DNA of 53,534 nt from Rhodospirillaceae bacterium (lineage in GTDB: Bacteria > Pseudomonadota > Alphaproteobacteria > UBA7887), in assembly GCA_002728255.1 (NCBI GenBank), contig PBWV01000024.1:11923-65456 (forward strand), given 5' to 3'. Positions 43,986-52,400 of the stretch are shown here, piece after piece. The notes beneath the pieces were generated by a model. That model did not search any database, was not told the origin of the DNA, and worked only from the letters and a program-made list of their open reading frames with translations. Made by a program: the position numbers and the translations under genes. The first letter of the stretch is position 1, and every line of letters starts with the position of its first letter.

Positions 43986-44573
43986 TTAAACTGAGTTTCG
44001 CGCCTTCTCAACTGCGGTGTCAAAGTGACCCTTCAACTCTCTTGGGACATCGCCAAGGCCAGCAACAACTCGCATTGCCCAATCAATATATTCGGCCTTC
44101 CGCAACGAGTCCCAATTTTTTGGAGGGCTTTTAGTTATGGAACGCAAATTAGATGTTTTGTCGGCTACTTTAAGGATTTTTGCACGCTGAGTTTTCTTGG
44201 AAGCATTGGTGATCTGTAACTTCTTTCTCTCTTCTTTGCGAAGGGTTTTGTCATCAGTGACTTCGTTTACCAGGTTTGCTATATCGTCATTAAAGCAGAT
44301 AGCTAATTCTTCACATGTGGTGTCTGTATCTTCTATCGTATCGTGGAGTAGGGCTGCGGCAACCAAATTAGGGTCTTTGCCTTTTGTTGCCTCTGTCACC
44401 AGCAGGGCTACTTCAGCTAAGTGGTTAATGTAGGGTTCTTGGGCCTCACCTTTTCTTCTCTGTTTGGAGTGCCGTTGAGAAGCAAAATTGAAAGCGCGGG
44501 CGACTACAAGTAGGTCATTCAACGAATTTCTCCATATTTTGTTGCCACGAGTTAGTCTACCAAAATGGGTCAA
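43986..44573 (-). CDS. HD-domain (p)ppGpp hydrolase, hydrolase-only RelA/SpoT homologue (small alarmone hydrolase-like)
   Basis: 195 aa. QRRKGEAQEPYINHLAEVALLV and LLHDTIEDT motifs match the SpoT/Mesh1 HD_4 domain. There is no synthetase domain. Confidence 0.75.
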   Translation of the reverse strand: MTHFGRLTRGNKIWRNSLNDLLVVARAFNFASQRHSKQRRKGEAQEPYINHLAEVALLVTEATKGKDPNLVAAALLHDTIEDTDTTCEELAICFNDDIANLVNEVTDDKTLRKEERKKLQITNASKKTQRAKILKVADKTSNLRSITKSPPKNWDSLRKAEYIDWAMRVVAGLGDVPRELKGHFDTAVEKARNSV

Positions 44574-44772
44574 TACCTGCCAATTGTCAGAGTATTATCT
44601 GGGCATTATCCGCAAACTTTTCAATCAAAAACACTCTGTTCTTTTGAAGAGCTAGATTCATCTCTCCCAATTGTGCAAAACAACTTATTTTTGCAGATCT
44701 TGAATACTGGGTTGCACCCAAGTAGTTTGTACATATGGCTGTTCCAGTTGAACACTTTGCAGGGGATCTTCA

Positions 44773-45507
44773 TTGGATTTTTTTGGGAACTTTTTTTCGT
44801 TTATTGGACGCGTTTCCATATATTTCGTGGAGACCTATCTATATTCCACTGCCGAAATTTTTTCGAGGGCAGGGGAGGGGCCAGTTGCAGGATTCTTTGA
44901 GTTCCTAATCTCCATGTTTCTCTTCAGTTGCGGATTGGTTTTACTAATTGGAACCCTGCAGTCGTTAAGAAAATGGAGTGTTAACCCACTTATCACGATA
45001 GTAGAAAATTATAATAGGATTTTCGCCCTCGTAGGTGCATGGGCAATTAGTCTGTTGATAGCTGCTATGGTCATAGAGGTAGTATCACGGTATTTTCTGG
45101 GCTCTCCTACTCAATGGGCCTACGAAATGTCCTACATGCTAATGGGAACATCCTTTATGTTGGGCATAGCCTATTGCATGCAAATGAGGCGACATGTCAG
45201 GGTAGATTTTTTTTACGATAGGGCATCACCGAAAAAGAAAGCAGTTATTGATATTGCTGGGTACTGCGTATTTATCCCAATGGTTTTGTGGCTTTCCGCT
45301 GGGCTCTGGGACTATTTTTATCAAGCCTATCGGGTTAATGAATTGTCTGGGGAATCGGCCTGGAATCCTATTATTTGGCCCTTCAAATTCACTTTTGTGG
45401 TGGGTTTTTTGCTGCTCTTACTGCAAACAACAGTTGAAATACTTAAGTGCCTTTTGGTTCTCACACAGGCGAGTAGTCCTGAGCCCAAATCTATGGACGC
45501 GAGGTAG
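44773..45507 (+). CDS. TRAP transporter small permease (DctQ, COG4665-type)
   Basis: Core VSRYFLGSPTQWAYEMSYMLMGTSFMLGIAYCMQMRRHVRVD. The start is uncertain: TTG 44773 behind AGGGGA gives 244 aa; ATG 44914 has no SD and gives 197 aa. Confidence 0.8.
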   Translation: MDFFGNFFSFIGRVSIYFVETYLYSTAEIFSRAGEGPVAGFFEFLISMFLFSCGLVLLIGTLQSLRKWSVNPLITIVENYNRIFALVGAWAISLLIAAMVIEVVSRYFLGSPTQWAYEMSYMLMGTSFMLGIAYCMQMRRHVRVDFFYDRASPKKKAVIDIAGYCVFIPMVLWLSAGLWDYFYQAYRVNELSGESAWNPIIWPFKFTFVVGFLLLLLQTTVEILKCLLVLTQASSPEPKSMDAR

Positions 45508-45512
45508 TTGTT

Positions 45513-46868
45513 ATGGGTGTCAGTCTAGCGTTATGGATGTTTCCTGCTCTGATGGTCATGATTTTTTTTGGCTTTCCTGTAGCGTTCTCTCTGTTTTCAG
45601 TGGCATTCGTTTTTGGTGCAATAGCCTTTAATTTTTCCCTCCCGGCCGTCAATCTTTTCACTCAAGTCATCGATTCGGTGGCCTCGAACTCTATTCTTGC
45701 CGCGGTTCCACTTTTTATATTGATGGGGTCATTATTTGAACGCTCAGGCATTGCAGAGCGTTTGTTTGAGGCAATCCACCTTTGGACCCGGAGACTTCCC
45801 GGTGGCTTAGCGGTTGGGACTGTCATTTTGTGTGTGATCTTTGCTGCTTCCAGCGGTGTCGTAGGTGCTACCGAGTCAGTTGTAGGCTTGTTAGCTATCC
45901 CGGTAATGCTCCGATATGCCTATGATAAGGGTTTGATAGCAGGAACAATTTGTGCGGGTGGTTCTCTTGGAACAATCATTCCTCCTTCGGTTGTGGTGAT
46001 AGTTCTTGGTCCTGTCGCAGACGTTGATGTGGGCGGTCTATTTATGGGAATGCTATTTCCTGGCCTAATTTTGGCGGCCCTGTACATTATTTACATACTA
46101 GTTCGGTGTAGTATTTGTCCTGAAGACGGGCGCAGACTTCCGCCTGATGAGAACGAACCTCCTTTGGGCCGTAAATTGTGGATAACCGCTGAGGCATTAT
46201 TGCCCCCGTTAACCCTAATCTTTGCAGTTTTAGGTACAATTATATTGGGGTGGGCAACCCCCACTGAAGCAGCGGCTATGGGTGCTTTTGGAACAATTGT
46301 CTTAACACTAGTGTATGGGCGCTTTAGTTTCTCAGTATTCAAAGAAGCCTTAGTTCGCACGCTTTTGGTTACTGCAATGATTCTAACTATCCTTGTTGCA
46401 GGAAATATGTTTGCCAATGTGTTCACGATTTCTGGCGGCTTGATTGGCACTCAACATCTAGTAGAGGCAGCGGAGCTCTCCGGTTGGACCACTTTGTTTA
46501 TACTGTTATTATTGGCATTCATAGCTGGTTTTGTTTTGGACCTAATTTCAATAATTTTAATTATTATACCGATTGCCATTCCGCTTATAGAAAAAATTGA
46601 ATTTTATGGGATGGATCCCTCGCAGGTCAAAAGTTGGTTTTGTGTATTGTTTCTTATAGTAATACAGACTAGTTATCTGACGCCTCCGATGGCACCTGCT
46701 ATCTTTTATTTGAGAGGGATAAGTCCGCCTGAAATTAAGCTGTCACATATGTACAAAGGTGTCATGCCATTTATCGCCCTAGAAGTTATCGCGTTGGCTT
46801 TAGTCATTCTTTTTCCGGGATTGGCGTTATGGTTACCTGAGCAGATGTGGGCGCTCTCACGACATTAG
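45513..46868 (+). CDS. TRAP transporter large permease (DctM, COG4664-type)
   Basis: 451 aa and polytopic. Lies 5 nt after dctQ. Typical DctM blocks include AAVPLFILMGSLFERSGI and SSGVVGATESVVG. Confidence 0.9.
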   Translation: MGVSLALWMFPALMVMIFFGFPVAFSLFSVAFVFGAIAFNFSLPAVNLFTQVIDSVASNSILAAVPLFILMGSLFERSGIAERLFEAIHLWTRRLPGGLAVGTVILCVIFAASSGVVGATESVVGLLAIPVMLRYAYDKGLIAGTICAGGSLGTIIPPSVVVIVLGPVADVDVGGLFMGMLFPGLILAALYIIYILVRCSICPEDGRRLPPDENEPPLGRKLWITAEALLPPLTLIFAVLGTIILGWATPTEAAAMGAFGTIVLTLVYGRFSFSVFKEALVRTLLVTAMILTILVAGNMFANVFTISGGLIGTQHLVEAAELSGWTTLFILLLLAFIAGFVLDLISIILIIIPIAIPLIEKIEFYGMDPSQVKSWFCVLFLIVIQTSYLTPPMAPAIFYLRGISPPEIKLSHMYKGVMPFIALEVIALALVILFPGLALWLPEQMWALSRH

Positions 46869-46904
46869 CTATTGCTTTAAGATTAGTACTGGGAGGTCCT
46901 AATC

Positions 46905-48173
46905 ATGACAATCACAGACGACCGTAGTCCAAAGTATGACGTGGTCCTAACAGGCGGGAGGGTTATAGATCCCAGCAACCGGTTGGATGAAATCGCTGAC
47001 ATAGCAGTGAGGGATGGGAAAATTGCGGCACTGGGTCAGTCGATTGCTGTGCGAACTGATCAACATACTGTAGACGTGAATGGCCATTTAGTCCTGCCCG
47101 GCTTGATTGACACGCACGCTCATATATTTAGGCACGTCACCGGTGGTTTTGGGCTTCCTGCAGATTTAGTCGGGGTGAATTCGGGTGTGACAACCTTGGT
47201 CGATCAAGGGGGCCCGAGCTGCATCACTCTGCCTGCATTTCGAGAGTACATAGATAAGCCTTCAGAAACACAAATTTTGGCCTTTCTTTCATGTTATGTA
47301 ATTGGAGGTTTAGAAGGCCATTACTATAGCGATCTTTACGGACCCCAGTGCGTTGATGTTGACGCAACGGTGAAGGCAATTCAAAAGAACAGGGATATTA
47401 TTCGGGGAGTCAAAGCTCATGCGGAGATTGGGGGCTATTCGCGGTGGGGAGATAAGGTTGTCAGGTTGGCGAAAGAAATTGCGAGCCAGGCTTCGGTGCC
47501 ACTATACATCCACTTAGGGCAGTTATGGCCGCTAGTGGAAAAAGACAGTCCGACAGGCGGCGATCATATTTTACCATATCTGGCGGATCTTGCTGAACCA
47601 GGAGATGTTTTGGCGCATCCATTCACTCGCCATCCCGGAGGATTTGTTGCCGATGATGGGAAAGTCCACCCTATTGTTGAAGATATGATTGCAAAAGGTG
47701 TCAAAGTAGATATTGGGCATGGCTCACATTTTAGTTTTGACGTAGCGAGGCGTGTATTGGATGCGGGAATAATGCCGGACACGTTAGGCGCAGACATGCA
47801 CGGTTATAACACTAAGATTAAAAATAGTTCGCCTGACGATGAAGGGCACCTGTTTGGCGGTAATATACCATTTGGTTTGTGTTCTGCGATGACTGAACTC
47901 CTGGCATTGGGTCTAACACTCGAGGAAATCGTGCCTATGGTAACCTCTGCTCCAGCCCAGATGTTGGGTATAGAGGCGCCAAGAGTTGGTTTGGGAGTAG
48001 GGTCTAGTGCAGATATTTCTGTGTTGAAAGATTCTCGGGGACGATGGCGGCTGAGTGATAATGATGGAGTGAAAATGGTTAGTGACCGCCTTTTAGAGCC
48101 AAAATTTTGTTTTCTAAGCGGTAAAAAGTTTGAGGCTAATGCTTCAATTATCCCGGTGCCGGAAGAAATATGA
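46905..48173 (+). CDS. amidohydrolase-superfamily metallohydrolase (dihydroorotase/deacetylase-like)
   Basis: GGRVIDPSN...VRDGKIAALG...VNGHLVLPGLIDTHAHIF metal-binding start. GGGAGG lies upstream of the ATG. The stop overlaps the next start (ATGA). Confidence 0.8.
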   Translation: MTITDDRSPKYDVVLTGGRVIDPSNRLDEIADIAVRDGKIAALGQSIAVRTDQHTVDVNGHLVLPGLIDTHAHIFRHVTGGFGLPADLVGVNSGVTTLVDQGGPSCITLPAFREYIDKPSETQILAFLSCYVIGGLEGHYYSDLYGPQCVDVDATVKAIQKNRDIIRGVKAHAEIGGYSRWGDKVVRLAKEIASQASVPLYIHLGQLWPLVEKDSPTGGDHILPYLADLAEPGDVLAHPFTRHPGGFVADDGKVHPIVEDMIAKGVKVDIGHGSHFSFDVARRVLDAGIMPDTLGADMHGYNTKIKNSSPDDEGHLFGGNIPFGLCSAMTELLALGLTLEEIVPMVTSAPAQMLGIEAPRVGLGVGSSADISVLKDSRGRWRLSDNDGVKMVSDRLLEPKFCFLSGKKFEANASIIPVPEEI

Positions 48174-50530
48174 CAGTGAAGAATAGAGGGACAGGTGTAG
48201 GCGGATCGGTTCCTAGAAAAGAAGACAGGAGATTCCTAAACGGAAGTGGGAGGTTCGTAGGTGATATAGCACTATCACGTATGGAAGAGGTTGCTTTTAT
48301 TCGTAGTCCATTTGCGCACGGGCTTATAAATAACATTGAAATTCCGGATAGCCTTCGCCATTCAGTATACTGTGCGAAGGATCTTGTCGGCACCAAACCT
48401 ATTCGAGCTGTTTCTAACCTGAAGGGTTTTAAGCCTTCCGACCAACCTTTGTTGGCCTTGGAAAAGGTGTGCTACGTGGGTGAATTAATCGCTGCGTGTC
48501 TTGGAGCTACACGGGCTGAAGCGGAGGATAAGGTGGATGAGATCTATGCCGATATAGAGCCGTTACCGGTCATCGTGGATATGTTGGATGCTCGTAAGCC
48601 GGATGCGCCTTTAATACATGAAGATTGGGGAGATAATGTTTTCTTGGAGACCCAGATATCGGTGGGGCAGCCAGAACCCCTCTTATCAGCTCCAATTAAA
48701 GTGAATCGAAAATTGAGAATGTCGCGCCAGTGCATGGCTCCGTTAGAAGGGCGAGGCGTGGTAGCACAGTGGGATAGTCGACTAGAGCAACTCACTGTGC
48801 ACACATCAACTCAGATGCCGCACATAGTTCGTTCGGGTTTGTCTGAGTGCCTGGGTCTAGATGAATCATCAATTCGGGTGATCTCTCCAGACGTTGGTGG
48901 GGGATTTGGATACAAGGGTTTGTTGTTGCCTGAAGAGGTGATCGTTTGTTGGTTGGCATTAAAGCGTGGAAACCCGGTTCGTTGGTTGGAAGACCGTCGT
49001 GAGGCCCTGACAGCCGCTGCAAATGCCAGGGAACATTATTATGACATAACCTTATGCGCAAATCAGGAGGGGGAAGTGCTCTCGTTGGATGCTCAGGTAC
49101 ATGTAGATGCTGGCGCCTATTCTGCGTATCCGTTTACAGCTTGTCTCGAGGCAGCGCAGGTCGCTAGCATTTTGCCAGGCCCATATAATATTCCTAATTA
49201 CAATTGTAAGACTTGGTCTGTGGCAACCAATAAATGCGGTATTTTGCCATATCGGGGAGTGGCTCGGACGGGAGTGTGTTATGCGTTAGAATCTATGCTT
49301 GATTTGGTTGCGCGCTCAGTGGGAAAGGAGCCGTTCGAAATACGACTCCTGAACCTGGTGAAACCAGATCAAATGCCTTTTAACAATATTACCAATAAAC
49401 ATTTCGATAGTGGAGACTATCCTGCCTGTCTTCGAAAGGCGGTAGAGGCAATTGATCTTGGTTCCGTTCGGAGGCAACAGAGAGGTGCCGGCGCAACAGG
49501 ACCTATGATAGGAGCCGGTCTCAGTATCTATAATGAGCAGGCGGCTCACGGAACGGCAGTTTACTCGGGTTGGGGTATTCCTATGATCCCAGGTTATGAA
49601 CAGGCGTTTGCCCGATTTAGCCCCGATGGGGAGTTGGAGGTTCGGGTTGGAATTCAGTGTCATGGTCAAGGAACAGAAACTAGTCTTGCACAAATTGCTC
49701 ACGAGATATTGGGTCTGGATATTGCATCTATTAGGATCGTGCATGGAGACACGGCTTTGTCCCCATATTCAACTGGCACTTGGGGGTCCAGAGTTATAGT
49801 CATGGCTGGGGGCGCGGTAGCACGTGCCTGCGAAGAATTGTCTGCGCGACTTTGTAAAATTGGGGCCCATTTGATGCAAAGCAAGGTCTCGGATACGTAT
49901 ATAGAAAATGGCATGGTGAAGACCCCAACTCGTCAAATATCCATACAAGAGGTTTGTCAAACTTGGTATCGTCGGCCACAAGATTTGCCGAACGATGTGG
50001 ACCCTGGTGGCCTTGAGGTTACTGCAGGGTATAAGATGGAGAGGGATGATGGAACCTTCTCTTACGCGGCCCACGCGGTAGTAGTGTCCATAGATCCTGA
50101 ACTGGGAAGCGTGGATTTACTAAAATATGTTATTGTTGAGGATGGTGGAAAGTTAATCAACCCTATGATTGTCGATGGACAAGTCTACGGGGGTGCGGCA
50201 CAAGGAATAGGAACAGCACTTTATGAGGAGATGCCGTTTGATGAAAACGGCCAGCCCATGGCATCGACACTTGCGGAATATATATTGCCTGGTGCTACGG
50301 AAGTCCCGGATATTGAAGTGCAACATATGGAAACACGATCACCATACTCAAAGTTTGGTCAAAAAGGCATAGGGGAAGGGGGTGCTATTGGATCTGTGGC
50401 CGCTATTTCCAGCGCTGTAAATGATGCTCTGAATCCCCTAGGTGTTGAAATAACTGAGACCCCTATTACCCCAAGAAGGATCTTAGAGGCGATCGCTATG
50501 GCTAAACAAGATGGGACACCGGACTCTTGA
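48170..50530 (+). CDS. xanthine dehydrogenase-family molybdopterin-binding large subunit (CoxL-like, not form I CODH)
   Basis: 786 aa. SPDVGGGFGYKG, an active-site loop reading ILPYRGVARTG, and C-terminal GIGEGG. Confidence 0.9.
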   Translation: MTVKNRGTGVGGSVPRKEDRRFLNGSGRFVGDIALSRMEEVAFIRSPFAHGLINNIEIPDSLRHSVYCAKDLVGTKPIRAVSNLKGFKPSDQPLLALEKVCYVGELIAACLGATRAEAEDKVDEIYADIEPLPVIVDMLDARKPDAPLIHEDWGDNVFLETQISVGQPEPLLSAPIKVNRKLRMSRQCMAPLEGRGVVAQWDSRLEQLTVHTSTQMPHIVRSGLSECLGLDESSIRVISPDVGGGFGYKGLLLPEEVIVCWLALKRGNPVRWLEDRREALTAAANAREHYYDITLCANQEGEVLSLDAQVHVDAGAYSAYPFTACLEAAQVASILPGPYNIPNYNCKTWSVATNKCGILPYRGVARTGVCYALESMLDLVARSVGKEPFEIRLLNLVKPDQMPFNNITNKHFDSGDYPACLRKAVEAIDLGSVRRQQRGAGATGPMIGAGLSIYNEQAAHGTAVYSGWGIPMIPGYEQAFARFSPDGELEVRVGIQCHGQGTETSLAQIAHEILGLDIASIRIVHGDTALSPYSTGTWGSRVIVMAGGAVARACEELSARLCKIGAHLMQSKVSDTYIENGMVKTPTRQISIQEVCQTWYRRPQDLPNDVDPGGLEVTAGYKMERDDGTFSYAAHAVVVSIDPELGSVDLLKYVIVEDGGKLINPMIVDGQVYGGAAQGIGTALYEEMPFDENGQPMASTLAEYILPGATEVPDIEVQHMETRSPYSKFGQKGIGEGGAIGSVAAISSAVNDALNPLGVEITETPITPRRILEAIAMAKQDGTPDS

Positions 50531-51318
50531 AAGCTACAGCATTTGAGTATCATCGTATGAGCACTGTTGAGGAGGCGTTAGCGGTACTTGCAGAAAGGGA
50601 TGGCTACGGAAAAGTGCTGGCAGGTGGGCAGTCACTTGGCCCAATGATGAATTTACGCTTGGTTAGGCCAGACTTTTTAGTTGATATAGGTGGAGTTAGA
50701 TCTTTAACGGAAGTTACTTCAGATAGTGGAATCATTCGGATTGGGGCACGTGTTACTCACTCAGCGATTGAAGATGGGATTATTCCGGGACCCACTGGAG
50801 TATTTTTATCTGAAGTTGCTCATGGAATTGCCTACCGCGCTATCCGAAATCGTGGAACTTTGGGAGGTAGCCTGGTACATGCAGACCCAGCTGCCGATTG
50901 GCTCTCGGTACTGATTGTTCTAGATGCAAGTGTTGTGGTGGTAGATCAAGGCGGAGAGACTTCCATTAAAGTTAAGGATTTTATTGTAGGTCCATTTACG
51001 ACTGGATTAGGGGATAAATCGTTAGTAAGTCGTATTGAGTTCAAAGAACTAACAGGAAAGGCTAAATGGAGTTATTTAAAGTCATCTAGAAAACCGGGTG
51101 AATTTGCTGATGCCATATCTATTTGTTTGAGAGATGAAAGCGAAGGAATTTTTCGAATTACGGCTGGCGCTATGGACGTAACTCCTAAAATGGTTGACTG
51201 TAACCTTTCGGAGTCAAATGAGGAGAAGATTGAGTCATTAATTTCTCATCGAAAGGGGTATCAGAAAGGCCTGCATTACACCCTATTGCAACGGTCAATC
51301 CATGAGGCGGGAAATTGA
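50527..51318 (+). CDS. molybdenum hydroxylase FAD-binding medium subunit (CoxM-like)
   Basis: 263 aa. FEYHRMSTVEEALAVL and LAGGQSLGPMMNLRL. The TTG start overlaps the upstream stop (TTGA). Confidence 0.85.
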   Translation: MKATAFEYHRMSTVEEALAVLAERDGYGKVLAGGQSLGPMMNLRLVRPDFLVDIGGVRSLTEVTSDSGIIRIGARVTHSAIEDGIIPGPTGVFLSEVAHGIAYRAIRNRGTLGGSLVHADPAADWLSVLIVLDASVVVVDQGGETSIKVKDFIVGPFTTGLGDKSLVSRIEFKELTGKAKWSYLKSSRKPGEFADAISICLRDESEGIFRITAGAMDVTPKMVDCNLSESNEEKIESLISHRKGYQKGLHYTLLQRSIHEAGN

Positions 51319-51794
51319 GCAATCACAATATTAGTCTCCATGTAAACGGGTGTAAGGTTGAGGCCAGTGTAGAGGCACGCCAGAGCCTTGCTGACTTCTT
51401 GCGGGAAAATTTGGCGCTTACGGGAACGCACCTCGGATGCGAGCACGGTATTTGTGGTGCCTGTACAGTGTTTATTAATGGTGTTCCAGCGCGCTCGTGT
51501 ATTGCGCGAGCTGTTTCCTGTGAGGGAGACGAGATAAAGACAATTGAGGGCTTTGTGGATGATCCATGGATGGAAGCAATCAGGGAAAAATTTTCATCCG
51601 AACACGCCTTGCAATGCGGTTTCTGTACTCCGGGAATGTTAGTAACTGCATACGATATTACGAAGCGAATTCCTGATGCAGATGAAGCGCGAATAAGACT
51701 GGAGCTTTCGGGGAACCTTTGCCGGTGTACTGGATATAAAGGGATAGTGAATGCAATAAAGGGTGTCTTGAAGGATCAGAAGGATGTTTTATGA
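51315..51794 (+). CDS. molybdenum hydroxylase [2Fe-2S] small subunit (CoxS-like)
   Basis: 159 aa. CEHGICGACTV, CGFCTPGM, NLCRCTGY. The TTG start overlaps the upstream stop (TTGA). Confidence 0.9.
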   Translation: MSNHNISLHVNGCKVEASVEARQSLADFLRENLALTGTHLGCEHGICGACTVFINGVPARSCIARAVSCEGDEIKTIEGFVDDPWMEAIREKFSSEHALQCGFCTPGMLVTAYDITKRIPDADEARIRLELSGNLCRCTGYKGIVNAIKGVLKDQKDVL

Positions 51795-52366
51795 AAATTC
51801 TTCAAGAGTTTGATGTAAACCATTCCAGGGAAAGGGTATGGGAAATCTTTGATGACCTAAGTCGCGTTGCTTCGTGTTTTCCTGGTGCGCAAATTACACG
51901 GCCGCTGCAGAATGGTTCGTTTTCTGGTCAGGTTGCAATGAGGCTGGGGCCTATGCGGTTGCAGTTTAAGGGTGATGGAACTCTGTCGAGAGATAAAAAT
52001 AATTGGCGGGGGATGATACAAGGAGACGGGGCGGACACGGTTACGAAATCAAAGGCTTCAGCCATTCTAGCGTATTCCTTATCAAATAGTTCAGAGAGTG
52101 GTACCATTGTACAGGTAGAATTGGAGTATAAATTGTTTGGTGCATTAGCTCAGGTGGGAAGGCCGGCTCTTGTGCAAGAAGTAGCGAACCATCTTACTGG
52201 TGAGTTCAAGAAAAATCTCAACGAACAAATAGTTGGGAAAATTTCCCTTGAGAGGCAAGAAAGGCAATCTAATTCTTCACTGAATGTGATAGGCTTATTC
52301 ATGCGTATGCTAGCTGTTCGTTTATCCTTTTTCAGGAGTTTGTTCAGTAGAGAAAAAAACAGGTAG
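51791..52366 (+). CDS. CoxG-like SRPBCC family protein
   Basis: 191 aa. The N-terminal FDVNHSRERVWEIFDDLSRVASCFPGAQI pattern matches the CoxG family. ATGA overlap with coxS-like. Confidence 0.75.
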   Translation: MKILQEFDVNHSRERVWEIFDDLSRVASCFPGAQITRPLQNGSFSGQVAMRLGPMRLQFKGDGTLSRDKNNWRGMIQGDGADTVTKSKASAILAYSLSNSSESGTIVQVELEYKLFGALAQVGRPALVQEVANHLTGEFKKNLNEQIVGKISLERQERQSNSSLNVIGLFMRMLAVRLSFFRSLFSREKNR

Positions 52367-52400
52367 CTTGGGAAACCGGCATCAGCAGGAGGCAAGAATT

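Noticed and set aside
44565-44900. 111-aa ORF in the spacer upstream of dctQ
   Set aside because: It has no family resemblance and an odd composition. It overlaps the HD-gene start and the likely DctQ N-terminal region. It is more plausibly non-coding leader or promoter DNA.
48170-52366. Annotation as aerobic carbon monoxide dehydrogenase (coxLMS plus coxG)
   Set aside because: The large-subunit active-site loop reads PYRGVAR rather than AYxCSFR. There are no coxDEF accessory genes. An amidohydrolase and a TRAP transporter are co-operonic, which points to an organic substrate.
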